A stretch of DNA of 64,000 nucleotides from a virus. Shown piece after piece: positions 1-9,001 of this stretch. Both the position numbers and the translations under genes were made by a program. The stretch is from the IMG/VR virus record IMGVR_UViG_3300035183_000373, positions 5,658 through 69,657 of that record. One strand, written 5' to 3'. The notes under the pieces are model-generated. The model did not search any database and was not told where the DNA came from. It worked only from the letters and a program-made list of their open reading frames with translations. How positions within the stretch are numbered: the first letter of the stretch is position 1; the number at the start of each line of letters is the position of its first letter.

Positions 1-102
1 TATATTTAAAGGATACCATAAAGATAAATTTGAAAAAAGATTTGCAATAAATCTTTCTTTTGTATCTGGTTCAGTATTTTGCCATTTAAGATATATAGAC
101 AT
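1..102 (-). CDS. partial gene running off the window (MSIYLKWQNTEPDTKERFIANLFSNLSLWYPFKY...), probably a baseplate/tail protein
   Basis: ATG at 100-102 just after the stop of the baseplate J-like gene; frame open to the window edge; function inferred from position only. Confidence 0.55.
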   Translation of the reverse strand, partial: MSIYLKWQNTEPDTKERFIANLFSNLSLWYPLNI

Positions 103-105
103 ATA

Positions 106-1509
106 TTAAAATATGTTAACTGTTATTGTACCTGGAGAACCATATGAATTTTTAGGTATTGTTAAATTATTAAAACTATTTGGTAATATAGTATTATCTT
201 GAGATTTAAAAACAGTAAATGGTAATAATACATCATCAACACCAGCAACATTCAATACTTCTCTTGCTATATCTGCTTGTTGAATTTCTTGACCTATTTT
301 TAAATTTGATAAGAATGTATTTATAGCAGAAGATACAAGCGATATAACATCAGAACCAGAAAAACCTTGCATAACACGAATACTCACGGTAACATCAATT
401 GGTATCTCATTAGCCCATTTAATTAATGTATCAGAATTAATAACGTTTTGATTTTCTTTTTTAAGTAAGGACTGCAAATCTTCAATCAATCCATTATATT
501 GATAATTAACTATTATTGAGCCAGATGAAATTGGAATAGACGACAACCAATGTAATTTATCTTGAGCTAAAATAGAACCACCATATGCTCCAGAATCTTT
601 TTGAATAATCCATGAAGAATTTGATAAATTTCCACTTATACTAGATACAACTGTATTAATTGAAGATTTTATCACAGGTTGTTTACTGAACACAAAATCT
701 GGATACGGTTCAAATGGACTAAAAAATTCATCTTTAAAATCTCTGAATAATTTACCTTTGATATAAATATCAACGGCTCCTATGTCTGCTCTTCCAGTTT
801 GTCCTTTTCCAACTACAACAGCATCTTCTACAAAGTCTTTATCTAAAATAAAAGATAAAAATCCGCTAGCTGAACCTAACGCTGTACCTGCTAATGCAGC
901 ACTTAATCTTGACCTCATTTCGGCAGTAGTTTCTTTATCTAAACCACCAGTTGCTGCGAATGGATTATATACCCCATCTATTCCAGCTATTGCTCCATTG
1001 ATATTCGTTATAGTTCCTGCACCAACATTACCATCAGACCCACCGTTAACAGCCTCTACTTCTACAGCTATTTCATATTTTCCATTTTGTGTATTGAAAT
1101 AACTTAAAGCCAGTGAAGCAACCATGGTTGCTGATTGAATTGTTCTAAATCTTATTGCGGTATTAGTATTTGATAGTGGTGTGGATACTAATGTTCCTGA
1201 TGGTATAACAATGTCTGATTGTGGTGCTTGATTTCGGAAAAATCGTACAATAGTTCTTGCTCTCCTAGCACCTCTAATTACTTTTGAAAAATTTAAAAGT
1301 GTTTTTTCTAACCCAGCTTCACTAGCAGTATTAATACTTTGTTCATCTGAAACTTGGTCAATTCTTGTGTACAATAATTCAAATTCTTTAGCTGGAGCGT
1401 CTATTACAACATCTCTTGTAAAAGTTCCTTCACTTAATTCAACTTTTGAATTTCTACTTCTAATAAAATCTTTAAATGCTTGTACTATTGTTAAAAAATT
1501 TCTAGCCAT
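106..1509 (-). CDS. baseplate wedge protein, gpJ/gp6-like
   Basis: Baseplate_J-like motifs (VEAVNGGSDGNVGAGTI, GGLDKET...MRSRL, C-terminal LKIGQ...VAGVDDV); tail module context. Confidence 0.85.
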   Translation of the reverse strand: MARNFLTIVQAFKDFIRSRNSKVELSEGTFTRDVVIDAPAKEFELLYTRIDQVSDEQSINTASEAGLEKTLLNFSKVIRGARRARTIVRFFRNQAPQSDIVIPSGTLVSTPLSNTNTAIRFRTIQSATMVASLALSYFNTQNGKYEIAVEVEAVNGGSDGNVGAGTITNINGAIAGIDGVYNPFAATGGLDKETTAEMRSRLSAALAGTALGSASGFLSFILDKDFVEDAVVVGKGQTGRADIGAVDIYIKGKLFRDFKDEFFSPFEPYPDFVFSKQPVIKSSINTVVSSISGNLSNSSWIIQKDSGAYGGSILAQDKLHWLSSIPISSGSIIVNYQYNGLIEDLQSLLKKENQNVINSDTLIKWANEIPIDVTVSIRVMQGFSGSDVISLVSSAINTFLSNLKIGQEIQQADIAREVLNVAGVDDVLLPFTVFKSQDNTILPNSFNNLTIPKNSYGSPGTITVNIF

Positions 1510-1515
1510 ATTGAA

Positions 1516-2010
1516 TTACCTTCTAATTTGCGTTGATACTTCAGCAATTAAACCAGAAACAGTTAAAATCGACACATTTACGAATACTCCACGAGGGTCA
1601 CTAGGATTTATAAAAGCATCTATAGTTGTTATAGGAAATCCATTAGCTATTTCTTCAGTAGGTAAATATATAAATCCTTCTGATTTTTCTTTTTGTTGTA
1701 AAGATTTTAAATATTCTATACATCTGATTACTTCTGATTTTACAGCAGTTAAAGTACTTGGCGTAATTACTCCAGATAGAATATTTGTATCAAACCCATA
1801 ACCAGATGGTCTTTTCTTTTCTGTTAGAATTTTAACAATTTGTTGAGATAATTTATCAACACCAGTAACAGTTATAATTCTACCATCTGGTCCAAATTGT
1901 ACTCCATTGTAATAACCTTTACCTAAACATCTAGCACAAGATGTTAATGTAAATTGCTGTGGAGGTATACCTATTAAATGGTCACATTTTACTTTAAATA
2001 ATGCATCCAT
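1516..2010 (-). CDS. baseplate wedge / sheath-initiator protein, gp25-like
   Basis: GVDKLSQQIVKILT and DPRGVFVNVSI segments, size, adjacency to gpJ-like gene; N-terminal CxxC. Confidence 0.65.
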   Translation of the reverse strand: MDALFKVKCDHLIGIPPQQFTLTSCARCLGKGYYNGVQFGPDGRIITVTGVDKLSQQIVKILTEKKRPSGYGFDTNILSGVITPSTLTAVKSEVIRCIEYLKSLQQKEKSEGFIYLPTEEIANGFPITTIDAFINPSDPRGVFVNVSILTVSGLIAEVSTQIRR

Positions 2011-2011
2011 A

Positions 2012-2572
2012 TTATTGAGCTTTAGATAATATAGTTAAATACTTGTCTATTATAGATATAGACCTATCTATATCAGATGATAGTTTATTTGCTTTATCGG
2101 AAATACTTAATGACCTTTGTAATCTAAAAGATAATTCATCTATTTTATTTCTAAGACTTTTATAGTTAGTTACTCCAGAAAAAATATCAAATTCATCTAT
2201 ATTTAATGCTTGAGTAACTGTATTTGAAGGTATTGCAGCTGGACTATTATCAAATATAGTTTTTAGTTCTTCTAATACAGTAGGACACGATTTAACTATT
2301 TGTTCAATTGGAATAGTATTTATTATAGAATCTACTGGAGCAAGAGCGGCACGTGCAGCCGTTAATACATTTCCCACTTGTTCCGATACAATATCAGCTT
2401 GTTTAGCTTTCCCTATCATTTTTGATTTTTCAGCAATAAATTTAGCTTTATATGTATTTAAAAATGTTATTAATAATTGTCTTAATGGATATGATAAACC
2501 TACTATTGCAGATACAATACATTTATCATAACCAGTTTCTTCCACTATTTTGTCAACAATATTATTCGCCAT
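2012..2572 (-). CDS. hypothetical virion-module protein
   Basis: 186-aa ORF tightly packed in the baseplate operon. Confidence 0.6.
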   Translation of the reverse strand: MANNIVDKIVEETGYDKCIVSAIVGLSYPLRQLLITFLNTYKAKFIAEKSKMIGKAKQADIVSEQVGNVLTAARAALAPVDSIINTIPIEQIVKSCPTVLEELKTIFDNSPAAIPSNTVTQALNIDEFDIFSGVTNYKSLRNKIDELSFRLQRSLSISDKANKLSSDIDRSISIIDKYLTILSKAQ

Positions 2573-2581
2573 ATTGTTTTT

Positions 2582-3046
2582 TTAGGACCAATTTATTGTA
2601 GGTCCACCTCCAATTGGTGTAGCCGTACCAGTTTTAAACCAATTATGTATTATATTGCCCATTGAATTAGCAACATCATTACTACTTCCACCATTTTTAC
2701 CAATTAAAAATGCTTGAGTAAAATCTATTTGTACTGGAGGTGGTACACTAATATATCCAGTCATACCAGACGCTATTACAGAAGCATAATTATCAAATGC
2801 ATTTTTTATGATATTTTCACCATTAGTATTTAATGATAATGTAAGTAAAATATTTTTAAATGAATTTTTAGCTTGATTATAAGAATTACTAGAAGGTATT
2901 ATATTTATACCAGCATATGTATCTATGGCGGCAGCCCATCTAGTAGATGCATCTTCTATTGAAGATGGAAATCCTTCAAATCCAATATATTTTTTATCAA
3001 AAATTTTTTTTAATTCTGTAATTATTGTAGATAAATTAAGTGACAT
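2582..3046 (-). CDS. baseplate/spike-associated protein
   Basis: 154 aa ending IHNWFKTGTATPIGGGPTINWS, directly downstream of the spike gene. Confidence 0.5.
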   Translation of the reverse strand: MSLNLSTIITELKKIFDKKYIGFEGFPSSIEDASTRWAAAIDTYAGINIIPSSNSYNQAKNSFKNILLTLSLNTNGENIIKNAFDNYASVIASGMTGYISVPPPVQIDFTQAFLIGKNGGSSNDVANSMGNIIHNWFKTGTATPIGGGPTINWS

Positions 3047-3048
3047 TT

Positions 3049-4098
3049 TTATTTTAAAATAACTTTTTCGCTTAAAATTTGTGATAATTCGTTTTTTATA
3101 CTAATAAAAGATGCTGAATTAATTGGAGTTCCAGATGGTCCAAATGCAGTTGGTACAGTCAAATTTGTAATACTATCTATCAAATCTTCTAATTTTTCTT
3201 TAAGTTTATTGCCCAACACTGCCTTTTCAGTAGCATCATTACTTCCTAATACTATTTTTGGTGAAGTTATATAGAATTTACCAGATTTATCTATAACTAT
3301 AGATAGCGAACCATAATTTGAATTTATATCTAACTTTAAGGCTAGTGCAGAACTACTATTTGGATTTACAACATTACCATCTTTATCTTTAACTTTTCCT
3401 TCATTATCAACAACACTACCTATTATAATTTTGCATATTGGGCTATCTGATTGATATTTATCATTAATTATTAAATTATACTCTGTAAGAGGAGTGCCGT
3501 CTGGAAATTTACTAGTAGGAACGTTATCTGTTATTATTTTATTAGTCGCAGTATTTCCTTCTTGTATATATCTTTTTACTTGACCACTATATTCATTTCC
3601 AGCAGCATTTACAATTTTCCAATTAACAGTTTTTCCTTTTATTAAATTTATATTTGGGTCTATTTCAAAAGTATCATCGAAAGGAGATGATAAAAGTATT
3701 CTACCATCGCTTGTCATATATATAAATGCACCACCAGAACTTTCCCAAAATTTCTCTCCTGGTTTTAACTTTGGTAAATCTCCATAACCTCCTTCAGACG
3801 TAGGTTTTTGTCTTGCAGCCTGATTAAGATTAACATATCTAACTATTCGTGCTTGTTCATGTTTATCAAATTGAACTAAAACAATAGCACCTTGAACAGG
3901 CATATTATACTCGCCCCAACTACCCTGTGTAAGCAAAACATCTACTCTACCTCCTGGATTATCCAACCAATTTAAAGAACAAACTCCTCGTTCGGTATCA
4001 ACATTTGTTATAACAGCAGGTCTGTTATAAGAAAATAATTGTTCTTGAGGATTATATGCGTTATTGTAAAATATTTTTCTTCTTTTAATAATAGCCAT
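3049..4098 (-). CDS. baseplate central spike / gpV-like protein
   Basis: N-terminal OB-fold-like segment (MPVQGAIVLVQF); C-terminal LGS...AVLGNKL...TVPTAFGPSGTPIN typical of myophage spike proteins. Confidence 0.7.
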   Translation of the reverse strand: MAIIKRRKIFYNNAYNPQEQLFSYNRPAVITNVDTERGVCSLNWLDNPGGRVDVLLTQGSWGEYNMPVQGAIVLVQFDKHEQARIVRYVNLNQAARQKPTSEGGYGDLPKLKPGEKFWESSGGAFIYMTSDGRILLSSPFDDTFEIDPNINLIKGKTVNWKIVNAAGNEYSGQVKRYIQEGNTATNKIITDNVPTSKFPDGTPLTEYNLIINDKYQSDSPICKIIIGSVVDNEGKVKDKDGNVVNPNSSSALALKLDINSNYGSLSIVIDKSGKFYITSPKIVLGSNDATEKAVLGNKLKEKLEDLIDSITNLTVPTAFGPSGTPINSASFISIKNELSQILSEKVILK

Positions 4099-4100
4099 AA

Positions 4101-5990
4101 TTATATTAGACTTATATTACCACCTTGATTTTGTAATTCATTTGGATAACCAGTCATAGTAAGTCCTGATATTGGATTATCTCCAGTTGGAATATCCACA
4201 TCTGCAACTAAATTAGGTGATACTTTATTTGATATATCAAATACTAATAATCTTATTGCGTTAACGCTAGTAACTCTTGCTATTGTATATAGATAATTAT
4301 TCTTAACTACTATTTGTGATAAAGAACCAGCACCATCTCTACCACTAACGGCAGGAGTTTGACCAACAAATATGGGTGAAGCTGGGTTACTAACATCGTA
4401 TATTTTAACATGAATTTTTGTTGTTGCATCATTTATTAATACAAATAAATAATTATTGTTTAACCCAATATAGTTTATTCCACCACTACCGATACTGAAT
4501 GAACCTACAAATGATGGTGTTCCAGAAGAAATATTATAAATATTTATTGTACTTGGTCCTGGTTGTAACCCAATATACAAGTGGTTACCTACAATAGCTG
4601 ATGGGTTTTCAGCTAAATCAATATTATTAATCATAAATGAACCAGCACCCATTGTAGGAATAACTGGAGCTTTGTATAATCCATTTGATGCAAATCTAAA
4701 ACATCCTCCCCACCATATACCATTTGAATCTATACATCCGCTAAATTTACCTGGTCCACCCACAGTGGATGACACTCCTGCTATTATATTTGATGGGTCT
4801 GTAATATCAAATTCTCTTATACCTGAACTTGTACTTCCTAAATTAGCAATTAATCTATTTTGTGAAACTCTTATAAATTGACCTTTCAAATCATTTATAA
4901 AAGAGTCTCCAAAAAATGTACCTATTAGTGATAAAGATGTCGGATTTGATACCCAATTAAATACTCTAATATTTCTATTGTATATAGTATATATGTATGT
5001 ATCACTTTGAATCATTCTTACTGGCTCTAAACCAACCGATATTCCACCAGCATTATAAGCTATTCCCAAATATATAGGACTTGTTGGTGTAGAAATATCA
5101 AATACTACAATTTTTCCAGTATTTGTAAATACATATAAATATTTTAATGGAATTACTCCTGAAACAGTGGTGGTTACTGCATTTGATAATTGACTCTCAA
5201 TACCATTAGATAAAACAGCAGATACATAATACGTATATGTATTTCCAACAATAACATTAAAATCATCAAAAGTAAGTCCAGTTGAAGTTCCTATTTTTGT
5301 AATAGTACCATTACTTGTAACATCTATACGATAAATATTATAATAACTAACAGATACATTAGCTTGTGTTGCTACATCATTCCATCCAATATTTACGTCT
5401 GGAGATGTATTATCAATTAAATAAAGAACTGGAATAATACTTCCTTGAATTTTAAATTCATGAGTATCTTTTGTATCTGGTAATAATATTTTTCTTAATT
5501 TATCTTTACGTATTATATCATTTAGTCTTATACCTGGACAAGATATTGATACTATATCACTGTGATATAAAATATCTTTTATAGTTGGAACATTTTTTCT
5601 TATTAAATTGATTAATTTTTCTAATACATTTATTTGAATTATAGACGGCAAATCTTCATCAAAATTACCTATTAATAATATATGAATTGCTTGATAATTC
5701 ATTTGTTGTTGTGGACAAGCATCAGAAATATCATGTAATGTATAATTAAATATAGAATATAATGGAACATTTTCTTCATAGTGTAATGGATTTTCTGCTC
5801 TAATCCATCTTGGTCCTAAATCTACTTTACCGTCTACATTAATTATAATATCAAATGGAATTCCAAATTGACCTTCTTGAACAAATGATATATTAATATC
5901 TTTACCACGTATTTTATTATAATGTTCAGAATGATGAATCATAATAAATTTTAAATCTGAATTTTTTCTTATATTTTTATTAATAGGCAT
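4101..5990 (-). CDS. tail-associated N-acetylmuramoyl-L-alanine amidase with Fn3 and LVIVD-like propeller repeats
   Basis: Amidase_2-like motifs (IMIHHS, ILLIGNFD, YHSD...SCPG); Fn3 signature (YYNIYR...TYTYYVSAV...ESQLSN); repeated VFDISxPxxP. Confidence 0.7.
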   Translation of the reverse strand: MPINKNIRKNSDLKFIMIHHSEHYNKIRGKDINISFVQEGQFGIPFDIIINVDGKVDLGPRWIRAENPLHYEENVPLYSIFNYTLHDISDACPQQQMNYQAIHILLIGNFDEDLPSIIQINVLEKLINLIRKNVPTIKDILYHSDIVSISCPGIRLNDIIRKDKLRKILLPDTKDTHEFKIQGSIIPVLYLIDNTSPDVNIGWNDVATQANVSVSYYNIYRIDVTSNGTITKIGTSTGLTFDDFNVIVGNTYTYYVSAVLSNGIESQLSNAVTTTVSGVIPLKYLYVFTNTGKIVVFDISTPTSPIYLGIAYNAGGISVGLEPVRMIQSDTYIYTIYNRNIRVFNWVSNPTSLSLIGTFFGDSFINDLKGQFIRVSQNRLIANLGSTSSGIREFDITDPSNIIAGVSSTVGGPGKFSGCIDSNGIWWGGCFRFASNGLYKAPVIPTMGAGSFMINNIDLAENPSAIVGNHLYIGLQPGPSTINIYNISSGTPSFVGSFSIGSGGINYIGLNNNYLFVLINDATTKIHVKIYDVSNPASPIFVGQTPAVSGRDGAGSLSQIVVKNNYLYTIARVTSVNAIRLLVFDISNKVSPNLVADVDIPTGDNPISGLTMTGYPNELQNQGGNISLI

Positions 5991-5995
5991 AATTT

Positions 5996-8140
5996 TTATA
6001 CTTTTTTAATATCTGGATTTAATTTATCATCAGAAATAGGTTTAGATTTTCTTTTTCCTTCACCATCAATAGAAGGTTGATTTTTTTGTGGTTCTCTTAC
6101 AATACTTATGTGACCATCTGTAGAATGTATCATATCAAATGATTGAGTAATAACTTCTGCTATAGTTTCCCATGGCTTACGACCATAAGCTAAATGTAAT
6201 GTTGTAGTGAACTGTCCTCCAAAACTAAAGGAATGGTCAACTGTTTCAACCCAATAAATCATATTTCTAAATGGTATATAAATAGGAAATCCTGGGTCTA
6301 TTTCTGCTCTTCCAGTTATTGTAATTTGTCCTTGAGATTTATTAGCCAACAACTTCATTAACTTAGCTTTTGCATAAAATGTAGCTGACTCAGAAGCAAA
6401 TGGAACTGAACTTCCACCCATTTTAGCTACAAATGGATTTGACTCTGTTAATATCTTATTACCATATTTATATGTTAACAATTCATCTGTATATGAGCCT
6501 CTGTTAAACATTTCAGTTCCAGGTACTACATTTTTACGTAAATCTGGTTCTGATGATACTACACAAGTACTATATACGTTTGAATCATCTTCAACAAAAG
6601 CATAATTAATAATAGAATTTTCGTCTATTATTCTTAACTTATCATTTTCTTCTAATAATATCCAAGCATTTGAATATCTTGGAGGATGAAACCATATATG
6701 ACCATTTCTATCTGCATAAAAATTAAAATTGGAATCTTCAGCAGCTTTATAGCATATATCACGTCTATTTTGATATTCTGTTTGAAATTCTGATGGTAAT
6801 TGAAAATTCTCATTATAAGCTAAATAGGCGTCTAATTTACTTTTTGTTGGGTCAATTACATGAACAGAACTTTTTGTAAAAAGACTACCCATCATGTCAC
6901 GTATATTAACTGTTGATACAGTTTTTACATGTTTATTATTACGTTCTATTCTAAATGCATTGAGTTTCTGGTCGTAAACTATATTTTCAGGATTTGTTGT
7001 TGCATTTCTTGCTACAGAATATGTATCTACACCCCTTACTTTTTTAAAATTTCCAGAAATTTTTGATTTATCATCATCTTCTAGCCCCTCATAACCAACT
7101 GTTAATAATTTAATTAAATCTGGTGTTTTCATACCTTGAAATATATTTGTATAAAAATTTAAATCAGATGTATCTGAATAGGAAAATCTTAATGCATCTC
7201 CTGTTTGGTCTGTTAATAGTGCTGGATTTACTGGAACAACTGATAATTTTAACCACTTTGTTACATCTTCGCCAGATACAGTAATTATATTACCAGCATC
7301 TGGAGAATATTCAGCTTGAACTGTATTAACTAAACCAGTAAATGTTCTAATTAATTCTGTTTTTGGAGATTGTACTATTTGCCAAGAACCATCATTTGTT
7401 TTTTCATATCTTTTAGATAAAAATATAGCAACTCTATCCATTGGTTCTATTTTTAATCTTCCTAATTTTAATGGATTATTAACTTCATTTTGATATTTTA
7501 ACATGAAATCTGAATTTTTAGTTTTTAATAGTGTAAAATATCTAGTAGATATTCTTTTTTTATCATTTTCTACTTTTAATAAAAATGTTTTACCATTACT
7601 ATTAGGACTTCTAAATTCTTTTTCTGAGATAGAGTGCGGTACAACTCTTATAATATCACCTTTTTCATCAAATGCCCATCGTTCCACAATATCTCCAGCT
7701 GGATTTCTTCTATAAAAAACAATTGTTCTAAAACTATTATTGTCTACTGCAACTAATGTACCCCATTCAAAATCGAACCATTTATTAATATCTTCTGGTG
7801 CTCCTCTAAATCCATTAAATTCATAATAGGATAAACCTCCTTTTTTTTGTGATTTAAATCCACGTTGCGAGACATCTCTTTTTACTTGAAATTCAGAGTT
7901 AGCACGTAGATTACGTACTTCTAATTCTGGATTATCTGATTGAAAAAATTTATTAGCTGTATCGTTAATAGTTAATGAAAATGTGCTAGCACTATTAGCA
8001 ACCGTTAGTGTTATATTTGCAGACATAATTTCTTTAGTTTGTATCATTAATAGGTCTTCACGAGATACATTTTCTACTTCTCTAAAACCCTTAACAAATA
8101 CAACTAAAGCGTCTGGATAATAATGTATAACATTAGCCAT
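5996..8140 (-). CDS. baseplate hub protein (gp27/gpD-like)
   Basis: FYADRNGHIWF and ITITGRAEIDPGFPIYI...YWVETVDHSF...FTTTLHL motifs; position. Confidence 0.7.
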   Translation of the reverse strand: MANVIHYYPDALVVFVKGFREVENVSREDLLMIQTKEIMSANITLTVANSASTFSLTINDTANKFFQSDNPELEVRNLRANSEFQVKRDVSQRGFKSQKKGGLSYYEFNGFRGAPEDINKWFDFEWGTLVAVDNNSFRTIVFYRRNPAGDIVERWAFDEKGDIIRVVPHSISEKEFRSPNSNGKTFLLKVENDKKRISTRYFTLLKTKNSDFMLKYQNEVNNPLKLGRLKIEPMDRVAIFLSKRYEKTNDGSWQIVQSPKTELIRTFTGLVNTVQAEYSPDAGNIITVSGEDVTKWLKLSVVPVNPALLTDQTGDALRFSYSDTSDLNFYTNIFQGMKTPDLIKLLTVGYEGLEDDDKSKISGNFKKVRGVDTYSVARNATTNPENIVYDQKLNAFRIERNNKHVKTVSTVNIRDMMGSLFTKSSVHVIDPTKSKLDAYLAYNENFQLPSEFQTEYQNRRDICYKAAEDSNFNFYADRNGHIWFHPPRYSNAWILLEENDKLRIIDENSIINYAFVEDDSNVYSTCVVSSEPDLRKNVVPGTEMFNRGSYTDELLTYKYGNKILTESNPFVAKMGGSSVPFASESATFYAKAKLMKLLANKSQGQITITGRAEIDPGFPIYIPFRNMIYWVETVDHSFSFGGQFTTTLHLAYGRKPWETIAEVITQSFDMIHSTDGHISIVREPQKNQPSIDGEGKRKSKPISDDKLNPDIKKV

Positions 8141-8143
8141 AAA

Positions 8144-9001
8144 TTAAAGATTCAAATCTTTTATTTTTAAAAACGAAAATGTAGTTCCAGCAGTTACAGC
8201 AGCCTTAACTGATGGGTTAAACGTAGATACATTAGTTTCATATAAAACTTTAAATGTAAACCCATATGAAAATTGATATGGGTCGTTTGCGTCATGATTT
8301 GGTCCAGTAAAATTGGTAAAATATCCAACATAAAATGAATCATAAACAGCTATGCCTAACAAAGTTAATTCTTCTTGATTTCTAACAGCATGGTCTATAT
8401 CATATAATTTTTTTAATGCTAAAAGTCTTTGCCATGCTAATGAATGTGTAACATCCTCGTTAATTCTCAATCCATCACCACCATCACTTTGTTGTCTAGA
8501 GGATTCTTGTTCTAATGCACTTACTGTAACATCTCTATTAATATTTTTTAAAATACCTTTTCTATGTGCTCCTCCAGACTTACCTTCAACTCGTATTTCA
8601 GTTAATTCATCACCCCAATGTTGAATTTCCCATCCACCTCTAGTTCGTATTTCAGAAACTTTTTTTTGATAATTTAAAGTTAATCTTTGAGGATTTACAT
8701 AAAATTCAAAAACATCTATGGATTCTTGCTGTGGCTTTTCTGGATTTCTAATATAAAATTTATTAGCACCATCAAGAATTACAAATTTACCAAACTGGTC
8801 AGTATAAACACGTGTTGAAGTAGTTTCAGCTAATGGTTGGTTTGATGGTTTTTGACCTATGTTAATTACTTCAGAACCATCACTATTTATTATAATATCT
8901 TTAGTAGTAAATCCCTGTAAAAATCTTGTTGGAGATAAGTCAAAAACACCAGGTTTTATTTGTTGTAATTTAAATATTTTTATAGGAACACGAGATGGCA
9001 T
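8144..9001 (-). CDS. tail tube initiator / baseplate protein
   Basis: FYVNPQRL...RTRGGW..QHWG and DPYQFSYGFTFKV motifs; directly follows the tape measure gene. Confidence 0.6.
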   Translation of the reverse strand: MPSRVPIKIFKLQQIKPGVFDLSPTRFLQGFTTKDIIINSDGSEVINIGQKPSNQPLAETTSTRVYTDQFGKFVILDGANKFYIRNPEKPQQESIDVFEFYVNPQRLTLNYQKKVSEIRTRGGWEIQHWGDELTEIRVEGKSGGAHRKGILKNINRDVTVSALEQESSRQQSDGGDGLRINEDVTHSLAWQRLLALKKLYDIDHAVRNQEELTLLGIAVYDSFYVGYFTNFTGPNHDANDPYQFSYGFTFKVLYETNVSTFNPSVKAAVTAGTTFSFLKIKDLNL

